Assembly (NCBI GenBank): GCA_964400605.1
Contig: CAYNUH010000003.1
Location: 50,370-114,369, forward strand
Reading direction: 5' to 3'
DNA: 64,000 nucleotides
Source: an uncultured Acidobacteriota bacterium
GTDB taxonomy: Bacteria > Acidobacteriota > Polarisedimenticolia > JACPZX01
Part shown: in pieces, positions 1 through 8,164 of the stretch
Numbering within the stretch: position 1 is the first letter of the stretch
Layout of the letters: each line of letters starts with the position of its first letter
Notes under the pieces: generated by a model
What the model saw: only the letters and a program-made list of their open reading frames with translations
What the model was told of the DNA's origin: nothing
Database searches by the model: none
Program-made: the position numbers and the translations under genes

Positions 1-590
1 ACGGCGGCATGATCGCGGGCGAGTACACACCCTGGGACCGCCTGATCTACACGGAGGCCGGCGCCGACAGACCCTTGAAGCAGGTGGCGGCCGTGGTGGC
101 CCATGAGGCGACGCATCACATCGTGTCGCAGCGGCTCTACACGGGCGGAAGGACGCCCCCGTTCTGGGTCAATGAGGGTATCGCCACATTCGTCGAGTGC
201 CTGAGAGCCGGCGGGAGGGAGGGCCTCGACCTGGCCGCGGTGGATCGGAGCAAGGCGTTCAAGGGACCGTACCAGTGGAGGGCGCATGCGAATGTCTACC
301 TCGACGCGCTGGCGTCCGCCGGCGATGCGCGCCTACCGAAGCTGTCCGTTCTGCTCGGCGATCATCCCGACGGTGAGATCCCCTACGCTACAGATCTCGT
401 GTACGGCACCTCGTGGCTCCTGGTCCACTACCTCATCAACGCCGAGGGGGGCCGGTACCGGACGCCATTCCGGGACTGGATGATGGACGCCGCGTCATCG
501 GGTGAACCCGACTCGCTCGCGGCCGGCCTCGGCCGGCCGCTGGCCGAGATCGAGGCGAATCTCCGGGACTACTTGCGGAGCCTGAGGTGA
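1..590 (+). CDS. Partial (5'-truncated by window edge) DUF1570-like putative zinc metallopeptidase
   Basis: HExxH motif 'VAHEATHHIV' plus downstream 'WVNEGIATF' (third Glu ligand), typical of MA-clan/DUF1570 proteins. The frame is open to the window start. A 4-nt overlap with the next gene suggests an operon. Confidence 0.6.
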   Translation, partial: GGMIAGEYTPWDRLIYTEAGADRPLKQVAAVVAHEATHHIVSQRLYTGGRTPPFWVNEGIATFVECLRAGGREGLDLAAVDRSKAFKGPYQWRAHANVYLDALASAGDARLPKLSVLLGDHPDGEIPYATDLVYGTSWLLVHYLINAEGGRYRTPFRDWMMDAASSGEPDSLAAGLGRPLAEIEANLRDYLRSLR

Positions 591-1624
591 CCCTGCGTCG
601 GCCCGACACCGCCGCGATGGTCGTGGGGGCCATCCTCGCCGCCGCCGTGGTCGTCCTGGCGGCCGCCGCGGGGGCCTCCCGGCCGGAGGCCGCCGATGCG
701 ATCCGGCTTCACTACCGCCTCCAGCCGGGCGCCACGTACGAGCAGGTCGTCACCATGGTGCTCGTGATGCAGGTGGAGATGGAGAGCGCGTCCGCAGAGG
801 CCGCCGCCATGACCGCGGCCATGGGCAAGGACATGAAGCAGGAGATGAGCCTGAAGATGCTGCTTGACGTCGGGCGGCCGGACGGCGAAGGCGGCGTTCC
901 GTTCGTGGGCCGCGTGACCGAGGTCAAGGCCGCCATGACCGTGGCGGGTCAGCGCATCGAGATGCCGGGTCTTGAGGAGGCCGTCTCCTCGGGCTCGGCC
1001 GTCACGCGGGGGCGGCTCCTGCCCGGAGGACGAGCGCTCGAGATGGACCTGGAAGGGGTCGAGACTCTCCCGGGCGTCTCTCCCGAGGTGAAGCAGCGGC
1101 TCTCCCAGGCCATGCCGGAGTTCCCCGATCGCCCGCTGGAAGTGGGCGACGCCTTCGAGGTCCCGATGAAGGTCTCCATGCCCGGCCTTCCCGTGGAGGG
1201 GACGCTCGACATGGACGCAAAGACCACCTACAGGCTCAAGGCCCTCGGCGATGCCGAGGCCGTCTTCGATGTCAGGACGACGCTCTCCGTGGCGACCGGC
1301 GGGGGCGTCTCGAAGACCATGCCGCTGAGACTCTCCGGCGGCAGCTCGGGCACGGCCACGTTCGATCGCCTGGAGGGGATCTTCACCAGCCTGCGGATGG
1401 AAATGAAGATGGACGCGTCGTTGGACCTTGGCGCGGCCGCTGCGGGCGGAGGCCCCCGGAGGGGGGAAAGCAACTCGGCGGCGCTTTCCGGGCCTTCCGG
1501 CGATCCCTCCGAATCGTCCGCCGGTCAGGCGGAGGCCGGCTCGCCCTCCCGGGCCATGAAGATCAAGATGTCCATGCAGGGGCCCGTCGAATTCACGATG
1601 ACGCGACGGGAGGCCGCCCCGTAG
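587..1624 (+). CDS. Met-rich secreted hypothetical protein (N-terminal signal/TM)
   Basis: N-terminus 'MTLRRPDTAAMVVGAILAAAVVVLAAAAG' looks like a signal peptide. Clustered Met motifs are present: 'MVLVMQVEMES', 'AAMTAAMGKDMKQEMSLKML', 'MEMKMD', 'MKIKMSMQ'. The ATG overlaps the upstream stop (ATGA). Confidence 0.55.
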   Translation: MTLRRPDTAAMVVGAILAAAVVVLAAAAGASRPEAADAIRLHYRLQPGATYEQVVTMVLVMQVEMESASAEAAAMTAAMGKDMKQEMSLKMLLDVGRPDGEGGVPFVGRVTEVKAAMTVAGQRIEMPGLEEAVSSGSAVTRGRLLPGGRALEMDLEGVETLPGVSPEVKQRLSQAMPEFPDRPLEVGDAFEVPMKVSMPGLPVEGTLDMDAKTTYRLKALGDAEAVFDVRTTLSVATGGGVSKTMPLRLSGGSSGTATFDRLEGIFTSLRMEMKMDASLDLGAAAAGGGPRRGESNSAALSGPSGDPSESSAGQAEAGSPSRAMKIKMSMQGPVEFTMTRREAAP

Positions 1625-2855
1625 CGTCGGTTACAATCCTCACCTTCTTGACGCGCCGCTCCGTCGCCTCCGTCACGGTCAGCGTCAGACGCTCGAACCT
1701 CACCTGGTCGCCAGGCCGCGGGATCCTCTGGAGGCGGTGGGCGATGAAGCCGGCCAGGGTCTCGTAGCCGGCGCGCGGGAAGGGCACGCCCAGAGCCTCC
1801 GACAGGTCCGTGAGGTGGACGCTGCCGGCGGCGGCGTACGCTCCGGAGGGCTCGCTCTCGAGCACCTCGCGGCGCGGCCGGTCGAACTCGTCGAGGATGT
1901 CGCCCACAAGCTCCTCGAGGACGTCCTCCATGGTCACGATCCCCGACGCGGCCCCGTACTCGTCCACCACCACGGCCATCTCGTGCCCGCGGCGCCTGAA
2001 CTCGTCGAGGAGTTGCTCGAGACGGCCGCTCTCCGGGACGTAGAAGGGGCGCCGCACGAACGGCGAGAGCGTGGTCTCCCCCGGCGCGGCCATGATCAGA
2101 TCCATCGTGTGCACGATGCCGACGATGTTGTCGGTGCGATCCTGATACACCGGCAGGCGAGAGAAGCCGTGTTGCCGGATCTTCTCCATGGCCTCGGCCG
2201 GCGGCGCGGCGGCGGGCACGCCCACGACGTCGGGCAGCGGCGTCATCACTTCGCGCACGCGGGCGCCCGCCAGCCCGAGGAGCCGGTGGATCAGCCGCGC
2301 CTCCTCGGGGTCGAGAGCGGCGCGGCGCTCGGCGAGGAGGATGGCCCGCAGCTCGTCCTTCGTGACGTAGGGGTCCTTCGCCCCCGGCCTCCTGAAGGAG
2401 CCGACCACGGCGCGCGAGAAGGCGCCGGCCACGGCCACGGCGGGGCTCAGGACCGCCATGGCCGCGCGCACGGGGTAGGCCACGAGCGGCGCCAGCGCGT
2501 CGGCGTGGCGGCGGGCCAGCATCTTGGGGAGGATCTCCGCGAAGACGAGGATGAAGGGCGCCAGCAGGACGATAGACCACGCGGATCGCTCCCCTCCGAG
2601 GATGCGGGCGGCCGCCTCGTTGGCCGCGAACGACGAGGTGAGGAGGCAGAGGTTCGTCGCGATCAGGGCCGTGGCGAGCATCCTCTCCGGGCGCTCGAGG
2701 AGCCGCACCGCGCACGCCGCCGCGAGCGATCCTCCATCAGAGCGCGCCCTCAGCCGCTCGCGGCTGGCCGAGATGAGCGCGATCTCGGAGAGGGCGAAGA
2801 ACGCCTCGGTGAGCAGCAGCGCCGCGATGCAAGCGATCAGCCCGGCGGTGCTCAC
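1593..2855 (-). CDS. corC: CNNM/CorC/TlyC-family protein (DUF21 TM domain + CBS pair + CorC_HlyC)
   Basis: N-terminal TM helices, a CBS-pair region ('VREVMTP...IVGIVHTMD'), and a C-terminal CorC_HlyC-like tail ('RLTLTVTEATERRVKKVRI'). Confidence 0.88.
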   Translation of the reverse strand: MSTAGLIACIAALLLTEAFFALSEIALISASRERLRARSDGGSLAAACAVRLLERPERMLATALIATNLCLLTSSFAANEAAARILGGERSAWSIVLLAPFILVFAEILPKMLARRHADALAPLVAYPVRAAMAVLSPAVAVAGAFSRAVVGSFRRPGAKDPYVTKDELRAILLAERRAALDPEEARLIHRLLGLAGARVREVMTPLPDVVGVPAAAPPAEAMEKIRQHGFSRLPVYQDRTDNIVGIVHTMDLIMAAPGETTLSPFVRRPFYVPESGRLEQLLDEFRRRGHEMAVVVDEYGAASGIVTMEDVLEELVGDILDEFDRPRREVLESEPSGAYAAAGSVHLTDLSEALGVPFPRAGYETLAGFIAHRLQRIPRPGDQVRFERLTLTVTEATERRVKKVRIVTDATGRPPVASS

Positions 2856-2901
2856 GCACGAAGCTCTTTCAGGCGGCGGGCGGCGTGTCGCAGACCCGGC
2901 C

Positions 2902-3801
2902 TCACGATGAGGCCCGGGGTGACCGGACGGCCGGGATCTCGGAAGCGAGCATCCCGGCCAGGATCAGGAAGGCGCCCAGCATCGTCCCCGGAGTCATCCG
3001 TTCGCCTTCCACCACGTACGACATGACCGCCGCGAAGACCGGTTCGGAGGCAAGGATGATCGCAGCCCGCGTCGGCGTGGTCTTCGACTGTACCGCGTTC
3101 TGGACGGCGAACGCCAAGGCCGTGCCTCCGAGCGACGTCACGGCGATGGCCCCGGCCAGGGAGGCGGTGAGGGCGAGGCGGGGCGTCTCGGCGCCCCACG
3201 CCAGCGGCACGCACAGCGCGCCCCCGGCCGCCACCTGCCAGAAGGCCAGGCTCCGGACGTCATGCCGCCTGCTGAAGATGTCCACGCCGATGATGTGGGC
3301 GGCGAACGCGACGGCGCACAGGATCGTCAGGATCTCACCGACGCCGAACCCCGCGGGCGGAGCCCCGCGCCTCTCTCCTCCGCCTTCCGTCAGGAAATAC
3401 AGCCCGGCCAGCGCCAGCGCCACCCCGGCGAGACTTCCCGCGGTCAGCCCCCGCATCCGGAGCGCCGCGGCCATCAACGGCACCGCCACGACGTACAGGC
3501 CCGTCAGGAACGCCGACCGCGACGGCGTGGTGTGCAAGAGGCCGATGGTCTGGAAGCCGAACCCGAGGCAGAGGAAAAGGCCCAGGATCGATCCGTCGCG
3601 CGCCGTCCGGGCGCTGAAGGGAAACACGTCCCGGCGGAAGATCCAGCCCAGGGCCGCGGTTGCGAGGAGAAAGCGGCATGCGAGGAAGGCGAAAGGGGAG
3701 GCGTCGTCCAGGGCGCGCTTGACGACGACGAAGGTGGCGCCCCAGATCGCGCTGATGCCGAGGAGCGAAAGGTCGGCCTTGAGCGCCGGCCTCAGGCCCA
3801 C
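2902..3801 (-). CDS. EamA/DMT-superfamily transporter
   Basis: Ten predicted TM helices and two EamA-like halves ('ISAIWGATFVVVK', 'ALAFAVQNAVQ'). Confidence 0.85.
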   Translation of the reverse strand: MGLRPALKADLSLLGISAIWGATFVVVKRALDDASPFAFLACRFLLATAALGWIFRRDVFPFSARTARDGSILGLFLCLGFGFQTIGLLHTTPSRSAFLTGLYVVAVPLMAAALRMRGLTAGSLAGVALALAGLYFLTEGGGERRGAPPAGFGVGEILTILCAVAFAAHIIGVDIFSRRHDVRSLAFWQVAAGGALCVPLAWGAETPRLALTASLAGAIAVTSLGGTALAFAVQNAVQSKTTPTRAAIILASEPVFAAVMSYVVEGERMTPGTMLGAFLILAGMLASEIPAVRSPRASS

Positions 3802-5078
3802 GGCACCTTGATGGCGCTCTCGTCTCCGTTGGCCAGCGTGCGGACCAGCTCCTGGTAGAAGTAGTTGCTGGAGGACCGGACCTTGGGGCTGATCCGCTGC
3901 TGGTACATGCCGAGGCTCCGGTCGATGTCCTCCTTCAGCCGCTCGTAGAGGTCCTTCTGGCGGCGCCCTTCCTCGACCTGCCTCTCGTTGTAGAGGACGA
4001 TCTCGCTGACCAGCAGGCGCGCAAACCGCCGGGCCTCCTCATGCAGCTTGCGCTCGTCCTCCGGCAGGTGGTCGAGGGAGGGGGCGGCGGGCGCGGATTT
4101 GGCCGCTGCCTGGGCTGCGGCGGGCACCGGCGGTGCCGGCGGCGAAGACGCCTGCGCCACGGGGGACTGCGCCGGCTGGGGGCCCGTGACGGGCCTCGGC
4201 GCAGCCACCGCGGGGGGAGCCGCCGGGACGGCGGCCTCGGCGGCCGCCACGGGCATACCCATGATCGAGATGGGGCCTGATGGGAAGCCGGCGGCGGGCT
4301 GCGCGGACGGTGGAGGCTGGACGCCAGCGGCCGCAGCGGCCGGCGCCTCTCCCGGCTTCGGCCTCGGGAACTTCTGCCGCGTGGCGAGCGTCTCGAGGCA
4401 CAATCCGGCGTGAAGCGCCAGGATCTCGGGGACCTCGGGGTCGGTGATGTGATCGTCCTGACCCGAATCGCCATAGAGGACCGCGGAGATCTTGTCGCGG
4501 ATCCAGATGGGAACCGCCAGAGTGTCCGCGGCCGGGGCGCTGCCGAGGCTCTTCAAAAAACGCGTGTCTTGGCTGAAACGCCCCGGGCCGCCCCGGACGG
4601 GGTAGCCGGAGCGGTAGGCCGCCCCGAGGATCGTGTCGTCGGCGATGGGAACCGAGAGGCTCCTCACGTCGGCTTCCTGCGCGCGCTCGAACCCGCGCGT
4701 CGCCCAGCCGCCGAAGGCGTCCTTCTTCACGATGAAGAAGGCCACGCGGGGACACGAGACGGTGCATCCCAGGAGAAGCTGCGTCAGCAGACCGACCTGA
4801 TCGGCCGCCTCCAGGAGATCCTTCTGACTGGCCAGGATGTGAGAGAGCAGCCCCACTTCCGCCGCGGGGGGAGGCGCCGGCGGCGGGAGCGCCGGAAGAA
4901 GCTCGGCCGGCAGGTCGAAAGTCTTGTCGCCCGCGGCCTTCACAGCAGCCTCCAGCCGCGCGACGGCCGCCATGAGGTCTTCGCGAAAGGCGCTCGTAGC
5001 CCGCGCCGCCTCCTCGAGCCTCGCTCTCAGGGCGGTCGTGACGTAGCTCTCGATCTGCTGCTTTGGATCGTCTCCCAT
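3792..5078 (-). CDS. GAF-domain protein with Pro/Ala-rich linker and conserved C-terminal helical domain
   Basis: GAF-like core ('VPIWIRDKISAVLYGDSG'), a long PAPP-rich linker, and a C-terminus 'EARRFARLLVSEIVLYNERQVEEGRRQKDLYERLKEDIDRS'. A TTGACT-N17-TAAACA promoter lies in the upstream gap. Confidence 0.7.
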   Translation of the reverse strand: MGDDPKQQIESYVTTALRARLEEAARATSAFREDLMAAVARLEAAVKAAGDKTFDLPAELLPALPPPAPPPAAEVGLLSHILASQKDLLEAADQVGLLTQLLLGCTVSCPRVAFFIVKKDAFGGWATRGFERAQEADVRSLSVPIADDTILGAAYRSGYPVRGGPGRFSQDTRFLKSLGSAPAADTLAVPIWIRDKISAVLYGDSGQDDHITDPEVPEILALHAGLCLETLATRQKFPRPKPGEAPAAAAAGVQPPPSAQPAAGFPSGPISIMGMPVAAAEAAVPAAPPAVAAPRPVTGPQPAQSPVAQASSPPAPPVPAAAQAAAKSAPAAPSLDHLPEDERKLHEEARRFARLLVSEIVLYNERQVEEGRRQKDLYERLKEDIDRSLGMYQQRISPKVRSSSNYFYQELVRTLANGDESAIKVPWA

Positions 5079-5144
5079 CTGCCTTTCACCCGATCCGGTC
5101 CGGCAGCGCGGGGGACGCCGGCGGCGCTCCGCGCTCAGACGGCA

Positions 5145-5173
5145 TGTTTAGTCATGAACGCGGAAAGAGTCAA
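5145..5173 (-). promoter_or_regulatory. Sigma70-like promoter TTGACT-N17-TAAACA for the GAF gene
   Basis: Read directly from the minus strand. The -35 overlaps the stop codon of the upstream TPR gene. Confidence 0.4.
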
Positions 5174-6153
5174 GAAAGCAATGCCTGGAGCCGCGGCCCC
5201 AGGAGCAGATCCCGAAGCGGCGGCAGGTCCGGTATGAGCTCCACGAGGAGCGGGTTGAGTTCGACCGCCCTCTCGAGATCGGCGAGAGCCTCCTCCGCCG
5301 CGCCCAACCGCGCGTGCGCCATGGCGCGGTTGAGCATGTAGCTGGCCGTCTCCTCGTCGATGCGGATGGCCGCCTTGAAGCACTCGAGCGCCTGCGTGTG
5401 ATCCCCGAGGCGCGACCAGACGGTGCCCAGGGCATTCCACGTCGGGGCGGAGCGAGCGTCGATTTCGAGGCATCGCAGGTAGCAGTCCGCTGCCTGCGGA
5501 TGGCGCCCCCGCATCTCCAGCGTGATGGCCAGGTTGTTCCACCCCTGCGCGTCCTTCGGGTCCAGCGCCAGCGCTTCCTCGTAGCACGCAGCGGCCTTCG
5601 TCCACGTCCCCTCGTCGAGGTACGTATTCCCCAGGTTGTACCAGGTGGGGCTGTCTCCGGGTGCGAGACGCAGCGCCTCCCGGTAGGCGCTGCGCGCTTC
5701 CTCTCCCCGGTCCGACAATCCTAGCGACAAGCCGAGGTTGAACCAGGCGCGCCCGTCAGTGGGCGAAAGCTTCACGCACTTCCGGTAGGCGCGGACGGCG
5801 AGCAAGGCCTCTCCGAGCCGGACAAGGGCATTGCCGAGATCGAACCAGGCTCGCGGAGATTCGGGCCCGAGGGCCACGGCCTTCTGCAGGGCGCGCCTCG
5901 CCTGAGGGCCGTGGCCCGCTGCCTCGCAGGCCGCTCCGAGGGCGTGCCACGCCTCCGGGTTCGTGGGGTCGGACTCGACCGCCCGGCGGAACAGGGCGAT
6001 GGCGGATTCGTGATCGCCCTGACGCTCCTCCGCTCGTCCCTCGTCGATCAGGCGCCGGGTGTCGGTCCGGCCAGCCGGCGTGGAGGATCGCCGCCGGCGC
6101 AGCTGAACGCGCTCATGGACGAAGGGCAGCGGATAACGGGGATCTCGTCGCAA
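5170..6153 (-). CDS. Tetratricopeptide-repeat protein
   Basis: At least seven 34-aa TPR units with the 'AWxxLGxxxxxxGxxxEA' pattern. The exact start is uncertain. Confidence 0.8.
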   Translation of the reverse strand: MRRDPRYPLPFVHERVQLRRRRSSTPAGRTDTRRLIDEGRAEERQGDHESAIALFRRAVESDPTNPEAWHALGAACEAAGHGPQARRALQKAVALGPESPRAWFDLGNALVRLGEALLAVRAYRKCVKLSPTDGRAWFNLGLSLGLSDRGEEARSAYREALRLAPGDSPTWYNLGNTYLDEGTWTKAAACYEEALALDPKDAQGWNNLAITLEMRGRHPQAADCYLRCLEIDARSAPTWNALGTVWSRLGDHTQALECFKAAIRIDEETASYMLNRAMAHARLGAAEEALADLERAVELNPLLVELIPDLPPLRDLLLGPRLQALLS

Positions 6154-6321
6154 ATCGTTGCTCCGTAAAGAAAAACCGGCGCATGCTACCGGGGCCGATC
6201 CGAGGTGTCAACGAGAGCTGCCCTTGGAAAGTGTGTCGCTGAAGACACGGTTCATGTGCCCTTTGAGCGACTGGCCGTGGTTCTGGTGATTCTTGATTTT
6301 CGCGCTCTCTGTTGTAACTCG

Positions 6322-6350
6322 TTGTATTCCATCACTTTGCTTGGTTATAT
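6322..6350 (+). promoter_or_regulatory. Putative promoter TTGTAT-N17-TTATAT in an AT-rich island upstream of lpxC
   Basis: Locally AT-rich 80-bp island (6280-6360) in a roughly 70% GC background, about 110 nt upstream of the lpxC TTG start. Confidence 0.35.
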
Positions 6351-6461
6351 CTGAAGGCGTTCCGTTGGCACGAGGGCTGCTTAACAATCCCCGAGCGCCC
6401 GACCTGGGGCCCTCGATTCATCGCGCATCCATAGGCGCGGCACTCTCACCAGGGGGGATCG

Positions 6462-7355
6462 TTGATCCAGCAGAAAACGCTACGGCGCACCATCGAGTGC
6501 TCGGGTGTCGCTCTTCACTCCGGCCAGCACGTCAGGGTCCGCCTCCACCCCGCGAGGCGGGATTCGGGAATCACGTTTCTCAGGAGAGACCTTGGCGGAG
6601 TCACGCTGCGGCTGCGCAAGGCGCGCATCGCGCGCGCCGACCACGCCACGACGGTGGCCGGCAAGGCATTTACCGTCACCACCGTCGAGCACCTCCTCGC
6701 CGCCCTGCGGATCATGGGCGTCGACAACGCCGTGGTCGAACTCGACGGCTCCGAGATCCCCATCATGGACGGCTCGGCGGCACCGTTCATCTACCTGATC
6801 CGGGAGGCGGGCACGAGGCGCCAGCCGGCGCCGCGCTCCTACCTCGTCCTGCGAAAGAGCGTCGAGATCAACGACGACGGTAGGAGCATCATCATGCTCC
6901 CTGCTGAGCGGCTGCGGGTTTCGTACTCCATCGACTTCTCCGGCACCTTCATAGGCCGCCAATCGCTGTCGCGTACGCTGCACCAGCAGCTCTTTATCGA
7001 CGAGATCGCTCCGGCACGCACTTTCTGCTTCCTGTGGGAGGTGGCGGCCCTGCGCGAGAGGGGGCTTGCTCTGGGCGGCTCCCTCGAGAACGCGGTCGTG
7101 GTCGACGAGTCGGGCCCGATGAACAGGCTCCGTTTTCCGGACGAGTTCGTCCGCCACAAGATCCTCGACCTGGTCGGAGATCTGGCGCTGCTTGGCATGC
7201 CGGTCCTGGGCCACGTCGTCGCGAACAAGTCGGGCCATTCCCTGCACGCGCGGCTGGTGGATGAGTTGCGCCGCCCCGGCGTGACGGAGGTCGTCCACCG
7301 CACCGGCGTGGGTGAGATGAGCTTGGCTCCAGCCGTGGCCGCCGCGTCCATCTAA
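6462..7355 (+). CDS. lpxC: UDP-3-O-acyl-N-acetylglucosamine deacetylase
   Basis: Full-length LpxC similarity ('HLLAAL...GVDNA', 'ELDGSEIPIMDGSA', 'RHKILDLVGDL'). TTG start. Confidence 0.95.
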   Translation: MIQQKTLRRTIECSGVALHSGQHVRVRLHPARRDSGITFLRRDLGGVTLRLRKARIARADHATTVAGKAFTVTTVEHLLAALRIMGVDNAVVELDGSEIPIMDGSAAPFIYLIREAGTRRQPAPRSYLVLRKSVEINDDGRSIIMLPAERLRVSYSIDFSGTFIGRQSLSRTLHQQLFIDEIAPARTFCFLWEVAALRERGLALGGSLENAVVVDESGPMNRLRFPDEFVRHKILDLVGDLALLGMPVLGHVVANKSGHSLHARLVDELRRPGVTEVVHRTGVGEMSLAPAVAAASI

Positions 7356-7462
7356 CCCCCCCCCGCCCGACACCCCGGGGCCGTCCTCGCTTCTCTTTTT
7401 CCAGCTTGCGGCATCGTGTCTGCTATGATGGTGTGTCTTTTGAGCATCACCCCGGAGGCTGG

Positions 7463-8119
7463 ATGCCCCGAAGAGCCGAGATCAAGGACGAGACACCCTG
7501 CAGGGCTTCAGGGGGGCGGCGCGGACGTCCCGCCGCCTTCGCCCTTACGATGCTGATGCTGATCGTGGCGGCGGGGGGCTGGCCGTCGGCCCTTTCGCTG
7601 GCGGCCGAGGCGCCCCCCGAGGGGGCCGAGATCCACGAGCTTCAGGTCGAAAACGCGCCCCACGACCTGTTCGTCTCCTTCAGGCTCACCGGCGCCTTCT
7701 CCAAGGAAATCCGGGAACAGATCGAGTCGGGCCTTCCGGTCACCTTCAACTACTACGTGGAGGTCGTCCACCGCCGGGCCGCCTGGTTCGACGCCACGCG
7801 GGTGAGGAAGGTCCTCTCGGCCACGGTCGCCTACGACACGCTGACGCGCCAGTACCGTTTGACGCGCAGCGTTGACGGGGAGATGCTCGAGACGACCGTC
7901 TCCGACAGGGAGGCCGAGATGGCGCGCTTCATGACCGCGGTGGAGAGGCTGCGGATGTGCGACCCGGCCGACCTCTCGGGCGAGGAGCCGCTCTATCTGA
8001 GGGTGAAGTCGCGCGTGCAGAAGCGGTTCGTCTTCTTCTTCATCCCGTGGGACTTCGAGACCTCCTGGGCCCGGATCGGGCTGAAGATCGGCTCTCCGTC
8101 CGGAGGACCGACGCCCTGA
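7463..8119 (+). CDS. DUF4390-domain protein (NtrY-associated periplasmic protein)
   Basis: The signal peptide followed by 'LFVSFRLTGAFSKEIREQIESGLPVTFNYYVEV' matches DUF4390. It sits in the conserved position immediately upstream of ntrY. A GGAGG RBS precedes the internal ATG. Confidence 0.75.
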   Translation: MPRRAEIKDETPCRASGGRRGRPAAFALTMLMLIVAAGGWPSALSLAAEAPPEGAEIHELQVENAPHDLFVSFRLTGAFSKEIREQIESGLPVTFNYYVEVVHRRAAWFDATRVRKVLSATVAYDTLTRQYRLTRSVDGEMLETTVSDREAEMARFMTAVERLRMCDPADLSGEEPLYLRVKSRVQKRFVFFFIPWDFETSWARIGLKIGSPSGGPTP

Positions 8120-8164
8120 GGCGCGGCCGCTTCCGGCGGCCGAGGGGGGTGTGCCGGCACCGCC

